A stretch of 63,970 bases of DNA, the filler included, from Squatina squatina (Eukaryota): the NCBI GenBank assembly GCA_031763465.1. It is 3 parts of 3 records of this genome, joined end to end, with 100 filler letters (N's around TTAATTAATTAA, not from the genome) between each part and the next. Parts side by side here need not be neighbours in the genome. Positions count along the whole stretch, not along the records: positions 23,283 to 51,144 come from JARFOE010000189.1; 2 more parts are not named here. One strand, written 5' to 3'. The translations under genes were made by a program, and so were the position numbers. Position 1 is the first letter of the stretch. Each line of letters starts with the position of its first letter. Below are positions 25,241 to 38,330 of this stretch, one piece after another. Below the pieces are notes generated by a model that did not search any database, had not been told where the DNA came from, and saw only the letters and a program-made list of their open reading frames with translations.

Positions 25241-25269
25241 ATTTACCAGTCGTTTGAGACCAATGTCAA

Positions 25270-25550
25270 AGCTTGAATATCATCTGACATTTCTGCAAGG
25301 TGGATTCAAAAACTCGATGGAAAGATAACAACGTATGGTTGGCAAATTATATTATGAATGATGGCTCTGCCCACCCTCATGTTAATGGTATGTATTAACT
25401 TTGTTTTTCTTCCTCCAAATACCACATCCTTAGTTCAGCCAATGGATCAAGGGATTATTCAAAATCTTAATTACCACTACCAAAAGCGATTCGCTCATTA
25501 AATAGTTGGTGGCTATCGACACCAAGGAGGAGTTTATGGAAAACCTACTG
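25270..25550 (+). mobile_element. pogo/Tigger transposase DDE fragment, degraded
   Basis: [23 protein letters not shown] at about 25400-25470. Confidence 0.85.
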
Positions 25551-25809
25551 GGGCCGTTGTACAATTTTAAAACCAGCCTGGAAATTGGTAAAACAAGAAA
25601 CAATTCAAAATTGTTTGTGCTTTTTTTCTGCGACCTACGCAATGATGACTTCCGTGGATTGACAGTTGGTAGTGTTGAAGAACACAGAATCATAGGAGGC
25701 CATTTGGCCCATCGTGCCTGTGTTGGCTCTTTAAAAGCTGACCAGTTAATCAAAGTTTTAAAAAAAATATATATAGTTATTGTGTTTTTGTTTCCCTCTA
25801 ATGACTTGC

Positions 25810-26145
25810 TGATTTACACCCTATCTAGACTCATCTTTTATTTCTTAACTTGCCCATTACCATCTCCTTTTGCCTTGCACCATCTCTTAATGTCCCTTAA
25901 TCTCTTCTGCTTTCCACCCTATCACAGACCTTCCCTTTTGTTCTTTCTCCCCTCCCGCCTTTCCCTGCCCCTGCACTTGCTTAAAAACCTGCTCCATTTC
26001 TAACTTTTTCCAATACTGACGATGGGTCACAGACCTGAAACGTTAACTCTGTTTCTCTCTCCACAGTTGCTGCCTGGCCTGCTGAGTATTTCCAGCATTT
26101 TCTGTTTTAATTTCAGATTCCAGCATCCACAGTATTTTGCTTTTG
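25810..26145 (+). mobile_element. Penelope-like element terminal repeat with minimal hammerhead-ribozyme motif
   Basis: CTGACGA-t-GGGTC-aca-GACCT-GAAACGTT at 26016-26044; downstream sequence is homologous to 62201-62293. Confidence 0.7.
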
Positions 26146-26227
26146 TAGAATGAGTCATAGTTGTTGAGGGCATGATGAAGATCTGGCCAGGACTGTTAAT
26201 GTATTGGGAATGCTACCAAGTTTCAGT

Positions 26228-26335
26228 TCAAGAAGGCGGCTCCTCACCACCTTCTCAAGGGCAATTATGGATGGGCAATAAATGCTGGCCTTGCCAGCGG
26301 TGCCCACATCCCAGGAACGACGAAAGCAAAAAAAA
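26228..26335 (+). mobile_element. LINE/SINE 3' tail shared with the SINE at 59415-59823
   Basis: caccttctcaagggcaattatggatgggcaataaatgctggcc...poly(A); a degenerate copy lies at 7432-7510. Confidence 0.7.
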
Positions 26336-26864
26336 GGTTATGAGTGCTCCTGTACGACAGTTTGCCGGATGGCTCTCAGAGCAAAAATTGCCTGCTTCTC
26401 ATCAACCTCTTCAGGGTCCTGCTGCTCCCATTGATTGTCCCTTACTGTGACTGATCCATGCTGATGCCTCTGGACGTACAGCCCCACTGACAATTAGTGT
26501 ATCGTGGGCCTTTACCTTTCGAGCCAATCTGAGTTAGAGAGGGATTCCCAAAGGGAAAGCCATCATGTTACATTTATAATAACATTTGAAAAATGCCACT
26601 GACAGACCAATTGCTCTAAAAGCCCAGCCAACCTAAGTGGCAATAAAACAAATCACAAAATAACAAGAACAACATTATGGAAATAGCCTCCAAAACCCCA
26701 TACCAAACTCCTTACATAACTGTTTAAACAGCCCAAGAAGCCAATTTAAACATGTATTATAAATTAATCCCCGCTGTGCCAATATGATTGCCAGGAGTTT
26801 AATGTTGTAAGGTCATTTTGATCTCATTTGAATGGTTTGACCATTGGAGGATTCAGGAAAGAGT

Positions 26865-27258
26865 AAATTTCAAAGCAGCAAGAGAAATGTCAAGGCTCCA
26901 GAGCAGAGTAGAGTTTTGGGTAAAAATAAGCAGTGTGGGTCAGGATGGGACAGAGAGAGTAACAAAGGTAATAGGCCCTCAGTGACTAAGGTGACTCAGA
27001 GAAAAATATTTAAAAAGTCAAAGCTAAAGGCAACTATATCTGAATGCGCGAAGCATTTGCAGCAAAATAGATGATTTAATTGCGTAGATAGAAATTAATA
27101 GGTTTGATCTAATAGCCATTACAGAGATATGGTTGCAAAGTGACCAAGGTTGGGAATTAAATATTCCAGGATACTTAACTTTTAGAAGAGGTCGGCAAAA
27201 TGGAAAAGGAGGAGGGGTAGCCCTGATAATAAAGGATAGGATAAAGGCAGTAAAGAAA
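26865..27258 (+). mobile_element. CR1 LINE inter-ORF region and endonuclease N-terminus
   Basis: YLNARSI..FDLIAITEIWLQSDQGWELNIPGYLTFRRGRQNGKGGGVALIIK. Confidence 0.9.
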
Positions 27259-27759
27259 AGTATTGTAATAATGGGTAAAATGCATTTCAGACCAGTAAAT
27301 CCCAGGTATGTTAAGATTACCATGTATCCACTTACAAAGTAATGCTAATCCAAAATGCTACATTACACATGGACTCTAGAAGATGCATCACTTGGCATGT
27401 ATAGTTCCTGTTTAGCAATGAATGTTGTCTGAGGTTTAGTCTGTGCTAACACAAAAGGCTTCAAATGTGTCTGACCTCTATACCTGTCTCACAGCTATAC
27501 CACCCTTTACGTAATGCCTTTCACACAAAGTAAGATGTCGCGATTTTGCTCTGGCTACATTTTTAGACTTCTTAAAAAAAAAATCAACCCTCCGCCACCA
27601 CTGGCGCACTGTGGCTACATAACATCCGATCTAGAGGATGTACTGCAGCAACTCACCAANNNNNNNNNNNNNNNNNNNNNNNNNNNNNNNNNNNNNNNNN
27701 NNNNNNNNNNNNNNNNNNNNNNNNNNNNNNNNNNNNNNNNNNNNNNNNNNNNNNNNNNN

Positions 27760-28078
27760 CAATATGTACGCACTTCACAGGAAGGGGTGTTTCAGGGCAC
27801 ATCAAAGCGTGGTCCCACTACAGCTGAAGAATGCAGAGCAAGACCACAGCATATGCAAATGCTTAACTCTCATTTCACCTGGACAGCCAAATGGCAATGA
27901 AATGAGGCAGTTGGAGAAAGATTTGATACATACATCCAGCGTGCTTCAGGAGCCTTCAGAGGTTGATGTAAGAATGATAGACTTTGCACATGTGTTCCCT
28001 AGCAACACAAAAGACGAGGAGTACATTTATGGGCTAAAACATTTAATCAGTGTGTTGCAAAATATGCTGGATGATTAA
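27760..28078 (+). CDS. IPMK: Inositol polyphosphate multikinase, C-terminal part of last exon
   Basis: MYALHRK...NGN...QLEK...EVDVRMIDFAHVFPSNTKDEEYIYGLKHLISVLQNMLDD* matches the recalled IPMK C-terminus (IDFAH motif). Non-coding, UTR-like sequence follows. Confidence 0.93.
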
Positions 28079-30262
28079 TTTTTTATTTTTGGGGGGTGGG
28101 TGGAGGAAATTGGGAGCAAGGAAATAAATGAGGAGCAATTATATTGATTTCTGCACAAGTTCTGATGCATCATTTTGTGTTTATAATGTGATTCAAGGTG
28201 TATTGTATGTGCTTTTCATTGTACAGTACTTCTGGTGATTGATTTGATGTTTATAATAGCTCAGGAAAATTTACCAACTCATCATTGACAGCCGCTGAAA
28301 CTGTTCCAAAAACGTACAGAGGGGAGCTCAAGCCTAGCAACTACTGACAAGGAAATTTATGAGCTCCCACTGTTTGTAACAAACCCACAGACTTCAATGA
28401 TGGTAATTGGTTTTTCAGATATGTAACCAACTGCCTGCCAATCCTAGGCATGGAACTTGTGCCTACGGACTAATTCTATCTTCAGTGAAGACCAGGTTAG
28501 TCAGACTTAAGATTGTTTTGGGGATGTTGCTGCAACTTTTCTGGAGACACGTATTTTATTAGCCTTTTTTTACAGTTGAATTACTGCAATTCATATAAAA
28601 TGTTTGGTCCTTTCTATGTATAATAGAAATTGTCAATTGCCTCGTTGTTTTGACACGTTCAGCTAGGATTCCTGGAGAATTTCAGTCTCGCAACGGTTTA
28701 TTAATTTATGAATGTAATGAAAGCTAATGCATAATATCACCATCAAGCTTCGGGCCCCCTACTGACTAAGGTTTTCTGCAGGATAGAGCAACATATGCAT
28801 GTTATGTATACATTTTTAAAAACATTTTTTCCTTCAGTCATTACACCTACTGGGTTCTGCAGAAGCTGAGGTGAGAGAGGACGAGGCAAAACGCTTTTTG
28901 GTGCAGTCCATCCATTTACCAGCCTTTGGAGTTCAATTTGCACCTCTAAATGAAATGCACCATAAGATTTTCATTAAAGTTTTAAATGTCTTCTCTCCTA
29001 ACACTGGGTTCCTTTCAAAATGAGCGAACGTTGCTCATTGTCTCATTTGCTCACCTATGAGAAGTGATATATCCTGTGAATAACTTCCAAAGTTAACATT
29101 TGAACACCCAGTTAAACAAGTTATTGATTTGATTTCATCTCCATATTCTCTGGCCTGCTGTGTGTTGAGGCTTCCCTTTATAAAACTGGCATGCTAGGAA
29201 TTGTTGTTGTGTTGGGCCGACTATATGACTAAGAACATTTCAGTACGTGAACACTAACTTCTCAGATCAACAACTAATGGTCTCTTANNNNNNNNNNNNN
29301 NNNNNNNNNNNNNNNNNNNNNNNNNNNNNNNNNNNNNNNNNNNNNNNNNNNNNNNNNNNNNNNNNNNNNNNNNNNNNNNNNNNNNNNNNNNNNNNNNNNN
29401 NNNNNNNNNNNNNNNNNNNNNNNNNNNNNNNNNNNNNNNNNNNNNNNNNNNNAAATTCTTGGCGCTACTCAAAATGTGTATTTGAAAATAACATGCAAGC
29501 ACTAAAAAGCAAACCTTTTTGCAGTTCTTAAAAATGCACTAGATTTCAGAATATTGGGTTCCTTTCACTTACAGTTTACATTTGCACAGATCTATGTACT
29601 TTCGTTATTTTGATAGCTTTTAAATGATTTCCACATCACTATCACTTATTTTACCAAGGTCCAGGAGGTGAATTTTGTGACCTGAAGTATGGCAGAGCAG
29701 TAATATGTAGTACAAGTGGATAATGCACGTGAAGATTATGTTAGTCATTTAAATGTATTTACCAAATAATGTGTGCATTTTCTAAAAAAAAAATTATTTC
29801 TGAAATATTTTTTAATTGTAAACAATGCTTTTTGTATGTTTGTTAACAGAGGTTTACATTATGCAGCTGTACATTCCTCATAGACCTGCTACATGTTGTA
29901 TCCCTCAGTACTACTGACTATTTGTGCAGACTTCAAACAATGATTGACAGCTTGCCTGTTTTGGTCCTTGAAGAATGTGGATGATTTGGATTTGATTATT
30001 TTCTGCCTGGTATCAGAACAAGGCGCCCGCATGTCAGAGCTACATCCTCCTCTGAGCATCTACATGCTTACATAGGGGAGGGATGGAGATGGATTTTTTT
30101 TTAAGCAGAGCATCATTTCAGTCAGACTTTCACTGAATCAGTTGGAGTCTAAGAAATGATGCNNNNNNNNNNNNNNNNNNNNNNNNNNNNNNNNNNNNNN
30201 NNNNNNNNNNNNNNNNNNNNNNNNNNNNNNNNNNNNNNNNNNNNNNNNNNNNNNNNNNNNNN

Positions 30263-30545
30263 GCCATGCTTCTACCCATTTCACCATCCTGTCTATGTTT
30301 TCCTTAAGCCTGTAACTATCCTCATCATGATCTACTACTCTGCCAAGTTCATCTGCAAACTTTATAATGCTGCTTCATACACCAGAGTCTGGGTCGTTTA
30401 TAAAAATTGCGAAGAGTAATAAACCCAAAACTGTCCCTTGGGGAACACCACTGCAAACCACCTCTCAGTCTGAAAATCATCCATCCACTACCACCCTTTG
30501 CTTCCGGTTACTCAGCCAATTTTGTATGCCACTTTCCCCTTAATT
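30263..30545 (-). mobile_element. CR1 RT core fragment
   Basis: Reverse strand gives SGVPQGTVLGLLLFAIFIND..IKFAD. Confidence 0.85.
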
Positions 30546-31160
30546 CTATACACTGCATAGTGAGGAGGTCATAAATATACCTGAACAAAATCATGCACCC
30601 CACCTCTGGATTGGTGTTCACCAATTGATTTACCTCACAGAATTACTGAAAGCAAATATGCCAGAATGCAATGTAATCCTTTTGCACAATCTAATCTACA
30701 TTAATAGCAAATGGGAAAAACAGTCCACAGATAAAATATGTATTTCTTAAACTAGAACAGATAAGACAGTCATGTACAGACTGGGTCAACCTGGGCAGCT
30801 ACAACACTGTTTAGAATCCAACTTCAAAGGATATAATGACATTATTGTTTCTCTACTGGCTGTAATAATCATGTGCAAAATAAATTTTGGAACTTTTTTC
30901 CCCAGCTTCTTGTACAGACCTCAAGAATAAAACTGACCTCATTAGGTTAATCAGGAATGAGAATCCTAGCTGATTTTTATCCTCCTTGGTCCAGGGATGC
31001 TAAGGCCAATTCCAGCACCCCAACTATTGCACCAATTTAGACCAGTTAACTCAAAAGATCAGTGTTTGGGGCTTTTTGGTCAGTAGCACACTGGTCGACA
31101 CTTTTACCATTAGTTCACCAGTGCAGCATTAAAAAGAACTTTTATAAACAACATGGTTAC

Positions 31161-31271
31161 CTCATGTAGTGGGATCCAGGGAGGAGGATTCTCGTACGGT
31201 GGCAAAAACACTACTGGATACTGATAGTCATCATAAGAGCCTTTTGGGTCTACATATACCCGGTTCGACAT
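31161..31271 (-). CDS. PDZD11: PDZ domain-containing protein 11, first coding exon
   Basis: MSNRVYVDPKGSYDDYQYPVVFLPPYENPPPWIPLHE versus human YDDYPVVFLPAYENPPAWIPPHE; phase-0 donor GAG|GTAACC. Confidence 0.92.
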
Positions 31272-32139
31272 TGGTCTACAATCTCTGAAATCCAGTAGAA
31301 TCTGTAAACAAAGGATCACAAACTGCAGTGAATGTATAACATTTTTACCCAATACACACACTACATAGTGAGAAGTCATAAATATACCTACACAAAATCA
31401 TGAGATACAAACGAGAAAGGCCATTCAGCCTATCTTTGCTCATTAATAGAAATAACCTACAGTCCATGTGTCTTAAATAATTCGAGTATTTGCCTCCACT
31501 GCCCGACTAGATGATAACAGTGCGTGAAGAACTATGCATCAGTTGTAAATTTGCATGTTCTTAATTTGAACCTGTGTCCCTTGTCCTGTCTTGATTTAAC
31601 TCGGAAGTAGTTTCTTGANNNNNNNNNNNNNNNNNNNNNNNNNNNNNNNNNNNNNNNNNNNNNNNNNNNNNNNNNNNNNNNNNNNNNNNNNNNNNNNNNN
31701 NNNNNNNNNNNNNNNNNNTTGCAGCTGTGCCTCATTGTCCTGCATCTTACGTCTCATGTCTTGGAGACCAAGACTTTCTGGCCGCTGACGGGGATCAGTA
31801 ATTAGAAGGTCCTTATTGGGCTTAAATATCCTGGGAATGGGATGTGGGGGGATTAAACAATGTAAGAATAGTGCTCACCTTAACTCTTCAGTCTGCCCTC
31901 AAACATTCATTGATGCTACGAGAGTCTCAGGCAGGCCATATCTTTATCTTCTTGAACCAGTGCCCTGCACTGGGTGCCCAGCAAGTAGTTCAATAAGGAA
32001 ATGAGGTAAGAGGCCAGGAAGTCCCCCACATTACTCTATCAGGCTTACACAGGGCAACTTAAAAGAGGCGGAGACCCAGCGATCCAGATCTCCACCGCTT
32101 TCTCCTGAAGATACCTTGAGGTCTTCAGCATTCTGAGCA

Positions 32140-32275
32140 GCTCATTCAACAGGTAAATCATCTCTTGTGATTGGCCTAATCTTCTTCAGCTTCTTGCGAA
32201 CTTTCTTCTGCTGGTTGCTCCATCATTCGACTCCCTTTTCCAAGACAATGTTGTGGGGGACACAGCAGATAACAT
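32140..32275 (-). mobile_element. Harbinger transposase C-terminal remnant
   Basis: ICCVPHNIVLEKG (compare xCCxLHNxxxxRG) followed by an acidic tract in a shifted frame. Confidence 0.55.
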
Positions 32276-34051
32276 GAATCTTTTAGGCATTGAATGAGCA
32301 ATACTGTTAAAGTGATTGAACTATTGCTTCTGTATTCACATCATTTTTGTTTCCAGCAATGTGGTGAATCAGCAGTTTGCTCTGTTTTGTAGAAATAACT
32401 TAGTGATGCTAAAATAAGTCAATAGCTCATTAGTAATTATAATGTTGTAAGTATTCATTGATGTCCACTAAAGACCAATCACCAGTTACTTTATTTATCT
32501 GGCGAGACGCCTGCAGTTCCTATAAGAATAAAGTGGAGAAAGTGAAGAGGAAGCAGTGCAATGAAGATTGGTCGACACTGGTGAGTTCTATTCACAAGGG
32601 GGCACAACTTCTCCAGGAAACGTTACTCGAGGAATCACATGAGTTTAGTATTCCAGAGTGACGCCAAGGATTTTCAGCAAACAAAGCCTCTTTTTGTGTC
32701 CTGATTAAATGTGTGCTGTTTGAAGGCTTGTCGTTCAGATGGTCAGCGATGCTTTCCTTTATCTCTTTCATCAGGTGTCTGGGAAACAGACTGAGACAGC
32801 GCGTGTGTAACAGAAAAGAATCAACATGAGTGGCACAATCATGTTTGCTGACCCTATAGTCCAGGTAGGTTAGAAAGCTCTTAATATTCAAGGGGACTTT
32901 TTTTTCCAGTCGCTCCAGATGCACAAATTATGCCCAGTAACTTGCCTACTGAAATCTTGAAGTAATGACTCATTGATAAAGGGATGCAGACAATGAAAGC
33001 ATTGCCAGGTCTAGAAAGTTCTGTCTTTCTGATTTTTAGCAGAATTAAATGATATATTTTGAAGATATTAGTGAGTAGCTTTATCGTGTTAATACAACCA
33101 CACGTTAAACTAGAAGCATTTAATAAAAAAGAGGCTCTCTTGCTGTGTTATCTGTGATTACTTATCAATCATGCCAGAGAGGTGCATTTACCTGATTGCA
33201 CTCAATTCCCGTTTCCACCCAATTATCTGACTTAAGAATCCACTGTAAAACCACAAAATAATCATTGCAAGCATCCTGGTATTTAATGAGTCTCAGCAGT
33301 GGTAATTTTATAATGAAATTGTACAACCACAATAATTGACAGTCCTATTGTATCTATTCAAAGAATGCCACAGGTACTTAAAATCATTTCTTTAATACAA
33401 TTTATAAATAAAAGTTTTGCAATTAATATCCCACTGGACGATTTCAGTAGTAGATTAAATACACATAGTGACAGGAAGATGAATTGTTTGCAATAATAGT
33501 CCGCGTTCTATTGAAAACTGTTGCGGATTTGCCCCAGTCTATATCATGATCATAACTTACATTCAGTGTCAAAACAGAAATACACTGGTTCAACACATTT
33601 ATTGATCAATCACATTCAAAACACAATGGGCCAGATTTTGCTGTTGCAGGGCATCGAATAGTGTCTGCCGTTAGTTAGACTTGCCCCTGCACCCGGCAAG
33701 CTCAAATGTTTTTTGCCCGCTAAGTTTCTGAAAGGGCAACAAGGAAAACAGGGCATCTGGGACCTGAGTGAACAGGACACCTCGTTAATCAAAAAGATGT
33801 AAGGAGTGGGGAAATAAACACAGGATGGACTGAGTAGCGGGGGGCGGGGGAATTAGCGTGGGTAAATTCAATGTTAAATTAGGTACAGAGAGAGAAATAA
33901 AGAGAGGGAAAGAAAAATGAATTAAGAGTCGGGTGACCAGATTGGCCAGGANNNNNNNNNNNNNNNNNNNNNNNNNNNNNNNNNNNNNNNNNNNNNNNNN
34001 NNNNNNNNNNNNNNNNNNNNNNNNNNNNNNNNNNNNNNNNNNNNNNNNNNN

Positions 34052-34100
34052 ACACTAATCTCTTGTGTGGGACCTTGTCAAAAGCCTTCTGGAAGTCCAA
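34052..34100 (-). mobile_element. CR1 RT fragment
   Basis: LDFQKAFDKVPHKRL. Confidence 0.85.
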
Positions 34101-34390
34101 TTGAATATTGGGAAGACCAAAGCCATTGTGTTCGGTCCCCGTCACAAACTCCCTCGCCACTGGCTCCATCCCTCTCCCTAACTTCTGTCGGAGGTTGACC
34201 CACACGGTTCGCAACTTTGGTGTCATATTTGACCCTGAAATGAGCTTTCGACCACATATCCGCAGCATAACCTACTTTTATCTCTGTAACATCGCCCGTC
34301 TCCGCCCCTGCCTCAGCTCATCCGCTGCTGAAGCCCTCATCCATGCCTTTGCTACCTCTAGACTTGACTGTTCCAATGCTCTCCTAACCT
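34101..34390 (+). mobile_element. L2-clade LINE RT C-terminal fragment
   Basis: TVRNFGVIFDPEMSFRPHI..NIARLRPCLS..AEALIHAFATSRLDCSNALL. Confidence 0.9.
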
Positions 34391-35371
34391 GGGATGGAGC
34401 TCATAATATAACAAACAGGTATCACGCAAAATTAAAAACAGCCAGTGTTGTAATCCCACACGAAAATGTGTCTTCAGTTTTTAATCCTTTCTTTCCATCT
34501 GTTGTGTCAGCGTTGTCCTACTGTTAACCGCCTCATTGCGTTGGCGAGGGGTGGGGAGGGAGTAAGAGCTTTTCTTTAAATATCATTTAAGCATATTCAC
34601 AAGACACCAATAATTTAAGCATTCAAACAATAACAGAGAATGAAGATTAAGTATCCTTATCTTGGAAACAACTGGAGGTGCTTAAATCGGATTGCAGTGC
34701 AGGTCCATTTCAGTTGGTTATTATGTTAATGAAAAGAGAAACGGAATGTAAAATAGAACTAACCGCAAGGCATGAATTATAAATAATGGTACAAAATATT
34801 AATCATTTATCAGATTGAGATGTGGCACCAGCAAATACCAGCACTGCAACTGAAGGAACTTTAATTTATCAGACTGATGTGTTCTAACCAGCAAAGATAA
34901 TACTCCAGTGTCAAGTGCACTCTGTTCCTGCTTACGATGACTTCTAACACTGACAGGAGTTTGGAAGCAGCCACCATCAGGATACAATTACTGAGGGAGA
35001 AATGAAAATATCACCACAAGTATAGGAGACCTGGTATTGTCATTGAAGAATCACCTTTAATCAATCTATTTAAATTGTATTTCAAAACTAAAATTAGAAT
35101 CTGCAAAGCACCTGAGGCAATGACACCTTTGGAAAATGTTAACATACAGAAACATATCTACTTAATACTGTATGTTGTACAGTGCCTTTCTGTGTAATAA
35201 TTATTCTGTCTTAGAGAAACTTTAATGTCAGCAGACATGAAATAATCTTTTTCACTTGTGTAAAAACATAANNNNNNNNNNNNNNNNNNNNNNNNNNNNN
35301 NNNNNNNNNNNNNNNNNNNNNNNNNNNNNNNNNNNNNNNNNNNNNNNNNNNNNNNNNNNNNNNNNNNNNNN

Positions 35372-36410
35372 CTCTATCTACATTATCACTTTCCCCATCT
35401 CACTAGCTACCCGTCACCCTCACCCTCGCCCTCGCCCTCGCCCTCATCCTTGTCCAATCATACAAACTAACAACACACAAGGGTAGGCACTTGGGTGTTT
35501 TAGCTAATGTTCATGTAAAATTCCTGCTAATGTGTTGTCAAACATTGAAATGTTTATTTTGAACACTTTGTGGCTTAGTGAGTTGTAGTGAATGGTGAGA
35601 CATAAGGGTACCCCATGGTGATGTGTGAAAGGAGCAGCTTGGGCATTGCAGGGATGCTTTATGGTGCTAGTGTGGGTGGTGCCAACCTGATGCATCATGT
35701 GGCAGCCAGGGTGCACAGCATCAAGTGAAGTAAATGTGGTCATGGTGAGGCCATCCCTGGACTTCCAGGCAGCAATGTGGTCAGGTGCTGATGCCCCGTG
35801 TCCTGTGAAGCATCAGGTGATTGCGGAGAAGGTCGGTGTTGGTGATGCTGGTGTGTTTCGTGATGTTGGTGTTGGGGCTGATCGTGGTGGGATTATGAAG
35901 ACCAAGGTGAGATGTTTTCAAGGGCACTGATGCAGCTGGAATAGATGGCAGGTGAGATGACAAGTGATCTGTCAGTGGTGAGAGGTTGCTCCAAGGAGGT
36001 GACAGTGGATAGAGAGTTCACTGCAAACACTTCCAAATTGCATACAGCTCAAAAGTGTCTTCCAATTCCTGAAGCATTCAGCTTATGACATTGGAAAGTG
36101 AGCAGCTGTAAGATGATAGCTTTTATACAACTTCTACACCTGTCAACTTGTTAAAGCAATGGAGAGTCATTGAGAACCTGACACACTCGTCAAAAACTTG
36201 ATAAAATGATAAGTGCCTGGTTAAAATCCTTTTAAATACCTTTAAAGTACCTGTTTAGCAACTTAATTGACTGGCTCACTGCTTTCCTGATGCAGATCCG
36301 GCACTTGAGAAACTGACATGGAGGCAGGTTCAGAACGGACTTCCGATCAGGGCCATTTTGACACTGGGCTCGCCCCCAAACCCACTCACAGGGCTGGTAA
36401 GATTCCAGCC
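35372..36410. mobile_element. Probable non-autonomous Harbinger-type DNA transposon
   Basis: Ends in a gtaagattccagcc terminus like other MITE ends in the window; weak transposase C-terminal remnant at about 35725-35775 (-). Confidence 0.4.
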
Positions 36411-36620
36411 AAAGGGTGTAGAAGTTGGGAACTCTCTTCTGCAAATGGCAACTGACGATAGATCAATTGTTAATTTTAAATCGGAGATTGATAGGTTTCT
36501 GTTAACCAAAGGTATTAAGGGATATGGGCCAAAGATGGGTATATTGAGTTAGATTGCAGATCATTGAATGGCGGAGCAGGCTCGAGGGCTGAATGGCCTA
36601 CTCCTGTTCCTATGTTCTAT
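36411..36620 (+). mobile_element. CR1 3' end
   Basis: ..NSL...FKSEIDRFL..KGIKGYG, followed by the gaatggcctactcctgttcctatgtt tail. Confidence 0.85.
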
Positions 36621-37891
36621 TCTGAGTCATGAACACCTCACAATTTAATTAGAAAAAAATTCCGAAAACTTATTTAAAAATACAAGACTGCCAGTTTCTG
36701 TTCAACTCAAAGGGTGCATTTGACTTTTATGGGATTCCTTTATAAAATCATGATATATTTTCTCATACATACAAATTAATTGCAGTCAAGTAAGCCATCT
36801 CTATCATGCGTCAAGTCACAAAAAACTGCATTTAATTTTCTGTTCAAATCTGTTTTCTAAAATCCCTGTTTTTATGTGAATTTGTTTTGATATTCAGTGG
36901 TTGATGCACACAGATACCATTGCAGACTGCTGTGGTTAGCTGTGTACTCATTCAGTGTCTCCATTGAAGTTACACATAACAGTAATAGCAGAACATTTGA
37001 TGTATGTACAGTAGTAATGTGTGTGAAAGGCTAAAAGGATCAGGGAAATGGAGGTTGTAGGAATTAGAGCGGGGTCTCAAAAAGATCAGGAAGACAGGAA
37101 GGAACAGTGGGAGAGAGGTTTTACACAGAACTTCATTGTGGTTGTGCGTTCTCTGTGGCTTTTGATAGAGACTGAGAGAGAAGAATCAAAGGATGAGGAC
37201 AGGATGGAGCAGCAGGAGAGAAATAATTTAAATCTAGTAATGAGTTTGTTTCATATTTTCACAAGGGAATAGTATGGAGAGCAGTGCGTACAGGAGTATA
37301 TCTGATTTTCTGTAATTCCCGGTACACACTCAGTCACACTGAAAATGCAATCATAGGTCCTGTAGATGAAAGAATAATATTTAAACCTACTGTGTCTTGT
37401 TATATTTATGTACTTTCTACTTCAGAACATAAGTTTTAAAAGCAGTATCTAAATAAATCTCATCCAACTGAGAATTAGTGCCAATAGGGAATAAACCAGT
37501 AATGACAATTTAATGCGCAGCTGCATGATTTAAGAAAATGTATTGGAGGCAATTGAAAACCTGCACTTTCTCATGGGGCTTGATACAGAATGTGTGGAAT
37601 ACTGCAGGACAAATAATTCTAAATTATTTTGATTACATTTTAAATTTTATAAGGTTCTGTAGGTCAGATTTAATAATGTGGTATGGGACAATTTCAAAAC
37701 ATTTGAGGTTTTTTTAATGCAGCTTTTGTATTGGATGGATTGAGTTATTTTGAAAATCGGTCCTGTTTAAGCCTCTTTGTTTTTCTATCAAGCCTATTAT
37801 GAAGTGTGAGGGAATTCAGTATTAATCTATTCAATTGCAAATATCAATAACCTTGATGTTAGCAATACTGGAATTATTTTAAAACCCTTAA

Positions 37892-38034
37892 GACCATAAG
37901 AAGTGGGAGCAGGAGTAGGCCATTCGGCCCGTCGAGCCCGCTCCGCCATTCAATTGAATCATGGCTGATCTGACATTTCTCAAGTCCACCTCCCCGCCTT
38001 CTCCCCATAACCCTTGATTCCCTTACTGATTAGA
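37892..38034 (-). mobile_element. CR1 3' end
   Basis: Near reverse complement of the 41065-41210 copy. Confidence 0.85.
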
Positions 38035-38174
38035 NNNNNNNNNNNNNNNNNNNNNNNNNNNNNNNNNNNNNNNNNNNNNNNNNNNNNNNNNNNNNNNNNN
38101 NNNNNNNNNNNNNNNNNNNNNNNNNNNNNNNNNNAGAACCTCTTAAAATTCAAGCTGGTTATTTGCTGTTTCAG

Positions 38175-38330
38175 AACGCACTGGAGCCGATGTTGTGGTT
38201 TCTTTGCGGAAGGATATGAGTAGTGATTCTACCGGTTTCGGTTACATGCTGCTTGCATGTGGAAGATTGGACGAATTCGCTTATTCATTCTATCAGCTAA
38301 CAGAGAGTGTGAGTGGAAGGTTAATACAAT
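38175..38330 (+). CDS. Candidate internal coding exon (156 nt, phase 1-1), gene unidentified
   Basis: Acceptor tgctgtttcag|, donor |GTAAGT, and an open frame RTGADVVVSLRKDMSSDSTGFGYMLLACGRLDEFAYSFYQLTESVSGRLIQ; GC and CpG are higher than in the flanks. Confidence 0.6.

Noticed and set aside
32517-32580. Possible micro-exon SYKNKVEKVKRKQCNEDWSTL with GTGAGT donor
   Set aside because: Weak acceptor and no recognisable homology.
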